From Clostridia bacterium (GTDB taxonomy: Bacteria; Bacillota; Clostridia; UMGS1883; UMGS1540), in assembly GCA_045535515.1 (NCBI GenBank), contig JAZSLT010000017.1, positions 8,931 to 72,930 on the forward strand: 64,000 bases of DNA, read 5' to 3'. The position numbers and the translations under genes were made by a program. Below the pieces are notes generated by a model, which was not told the origin of the DNA, ran no database searches, and saw only the letters and a program-made list of their open reading frames with translations. Positions 62,288 through 64,000 of this stretch are shown here, one piece after another; within the stretch, counting starts at the first letter, position 1, and every line of letters starts with the position of its first letter.

Positions 62288-63367
62288 TTACCGCGTGTTT
62301 TCACATACCCACGCATAAATCCGCGCGCAGGCATCGGTAATGGCCATATCCTTCGCCGCCCTTTCCATGCGGGCCAGACATTCGCGGTCTGAAAGGAGTG
62401 TTTTGATTTGCCCGGCCAGAATTTCGCCGGAAAGCTCTGATTCCGGCAATAGCACCGCCGCGCCGTTTTTCTCCATCGCGCGGGCGTTGTGCGTCTGATG
62501 GTCGTTCGTAACATTGGGACTGGGAATTAAAATCGAAGGTTTCCCCAGCGCGCAAAGCTCACTTATCGTAATGGCACCTGCGCGTGTTATGGCTAAATCT
62601 GCCGCTGACAGCACTTCGTCCATATTGTGAATATACGGCACAATTTTTTTGTTCTCACAAAGCCGTATATTTTCCTCGCGGATTTTTTGCATGACGGCCT
62701 CGTAATTCCTTTCGCCTGTGGAGGCAATAATGCCGTAATAGTCCTGTCCGCCCATCTGCAAAAGCTCTATTAGCATATCGTTTATTTTTTGCGCGCCCAG
62801 ACTGCCACCGCTGATAAGAACAAGCGGCTCGCCGCTCTTTTCTCTCTTCGGTGCGGAAAGAAGCTCGGGACGGATAGGGTTTCCCGTAAGCAGGACGCGT
62901 TTTGGTTTTTTTTCGAAATATTTTTCCGTTTCCGGAAAGCTTATGGCCGTATCGGCCTTGCGGCCGGCTATGCGCACAGCAAGACCGGGGAATACATTTT
63001 GTTCATGGATAAGCGAAGGAATTTTGAGGCTGAACGCAGCCAGCAGAACAGGCAAGCAAACATAGCCGCCCGTACCGATAACCACATCGGGGCGAAATTC
63101 CCGGAGAATTTTTTTCGCCGCAAATCGGGAAGTAATAAGCCGGGATGCCGTTTTCAGGTTCTGGAGACTAATCTTTCGGCGAAGCCCCTGTACCTGAATA
63201 CAGGAAAGGGCATATCCCGCGTGGGGTACGAGCCTCTCCTCCATACCGCCGCGGTTGCCGATAAAGAGAAACTCCGCATGAGGGTCCTTTTCCTTTATGA
63301 AGTTAGCGATGGCAATCGCGGGATAAATATGGCCGCCTGTACCGCCGCCGGACAATACAATTCTCAT
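62288..63367 (-). CDS. murG: Undecaprenyldiphospho-muramoylpentapeptide beta-N-acetylglucosaminyltransferase
   Basis: 359 aa with GGGTGGHIYPA and a C-terminal ITRAGAITISE segment. Confidence 0.9.
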   Translation of the reverse strand: MRIVLSGGGTGGHIYPAIAIANFIKEKDPHAEFLFIGNRGGMEERLVPHAGYALSCIQVQGLRRKISLQNLKTASRLITSRFAAKKILREFRPDVVIGTGGYVCLPVLLAAFSLKIPSLIHEQNVFPGLAVRIAGRKADTAISFPETEKYFEKKPKRVLLTGNPIRPELLSAPKREKSGEPLVLISGGSLGAQKINDMLIELLQMGGQDYYGIIASTGERNYEAVMQKIREENIRLCENKKIVPYIHNMDEVLSAADLAITRAGAITISELCALGKPSILIPSPNVTNDHQTHNARAMEKNGAAVLLPESELSGEILAGQIKTLLSDRECLARMERAAKDMAITDACARIYAWVCENTR

Positions 63368-64000
63368 TTTTTATTCTCCTCCCGCCGCATAGTTCCTTTT
63401 GGTTTTATGTGACGCGAAACATTCAGCACCACGCCCATCGCCGCCATAATAAATATGAGGGACGAGCCACCTGCGCTGAAGAAGGGGAGCTGCATGCCGG
63501 TATTGGGAATGGAGGCCGTTACAACCCCTACATTAATCAGATACTGCAAGCCGATAATGGAGATGATGCCGAAAACAGAAAGGCTGGAAAATACATCGGG
63601 CGCATGCAGCGCAATATAAATGCCTCTCGTAATCAAAAGGGCAAAGAGCACCGCTACCAAAATGGCACCGAAAAAGCCGAGCTCCTCACAGATAATGGCG
63701 TAAATATAGTCATTGTGCGCTTCGGGAATATACAAAAACTTCTGCCGGCTCTGCCCAAGTCCGAGGCCGAAAAGTCCGCCCGATGCGATGGCGTAAAGGC
63801 CCTGTACAATCTGGTAACCCGTGTCCGACGGGTCGGCAAACGGGTCCATAAAGGCGAGGAGGCGCTTTAGGCGATATTCCTCTAAAAAGGCCGCCGGTAC
63901 AATAACGGCAAGGCCGGCCATTCCAATACAGACAAGATGCGAAATCTTAGCGCCGCCTGCCACCAGCAGAATGATGCCTGTCATGAACATAACAATCGCA
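63364..64000 (-). CDS. FtsW/RodA/SpoVE-family peptidoglycan glycosyltransferase (3' part; the gene continues beyond the window)
   Basis: SEDS-family C-terminal motifs (HNDYIYAIICEELG, LPFFSAGGSS). The reading frame is open to the window edge. Confidence 0.8.
   Translation of the reverse strand, partial: AIVMFMTGIILLVAGGAKISHLVCIGMAGLAVIVPAAFLEEYRLKRLLAFMDPFADPSDTGYQIVQGLYAIASGGLFGLGLGQSRQKFLYIPEAHNDYIYAIICEELGFFGAILVAVLFALLITRGIYIALHAPDVFSSLSVFGIISIIGLQYLINVGVVTASIPNTGMQLPFFSAGGSSLIFIMAAMGVVLNVSRHIKPKGTMRREENKK

Overview
This window looks like a chromosomal segment of a spore-forming, fairly GC-rich Firmicute. The gene content is Clostridia-like (spoVAC/spoVAD, a T-box-controlled leu operon, hdr/flx genes). 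No taxon can be assigned from sequence alone.

I can support about 60 protein genes, mostly in long minus-strand operons, plus two tRNA-Ser genes, a tmRNA (ssrA), a T-box leader, several near-consensus sigma-A promoters and intrinsic terminators.

Layout:
- 1-3110: AT-rich integrase/XRE/ImmA/RHH mobile-element remnant abutting the tRNA-Ser pair.
- 3515-15999: a tight 13-gene operon (main finding below).
- 16278-21354: DUF3006-like ORF and leuABCD with its T-box leader and promoter.
- 21381-22106: acyl-ACP thioesterase.
- 22180-23004: ssrA locus with unusual hairpin arrays.
- 23029-29803: ftsY, small alarmone synthetase, glgB, histidine phosphatase, a membrane protein, spoVAC/AD.
- 30039-36754: cysS, mini-RNase III, YitT-like, split transketolase, pcrA.
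- 37105-48187: noc/parB-like, rsmG, mnmG, SDR, dusB, EIIC-like, ApgM-like, rlmB, ask, hom, ACT protein.
- 48472-52017: PqqD/HprK-like/S24/ABC cassette.
- 52309-56354: nrdG, nrdD (Trx fusion), trxB.
- 56517-58979: copA.
- 59035-64000: ftsZ, ftsQ, murA, murG, ftsW (partial).

Most interesting observations:
1. The 13-gene operon joins an HdrABC-MvhD-FlxABC-type module to an anchor-less FrdAB-like fumarate reductase, class-I fumarase, an LDH-family enzyme with an MDH-type Arg, and an AAE transporter. It is a candidate Hdr-linked, possibly electron-bifurcating, fumarate reductase system.
2. A ~245-nt repeated element occurs twice. The two copies share sequence blocks at identical offsets and have covarying helices.
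3. Periodic heptamer/nonamer plus mini-hairpin arrays lie next to the tRNA-Ser and ssrA 3' ends. They come with degenerate duplicated 3'-end copies and a shared terminator.
4. An orphan PqqD-HprK-like-S24-ABC cassette has no visible precursor peptide.

All calls come from reading the sequence and ORF translations. No database searches were run.
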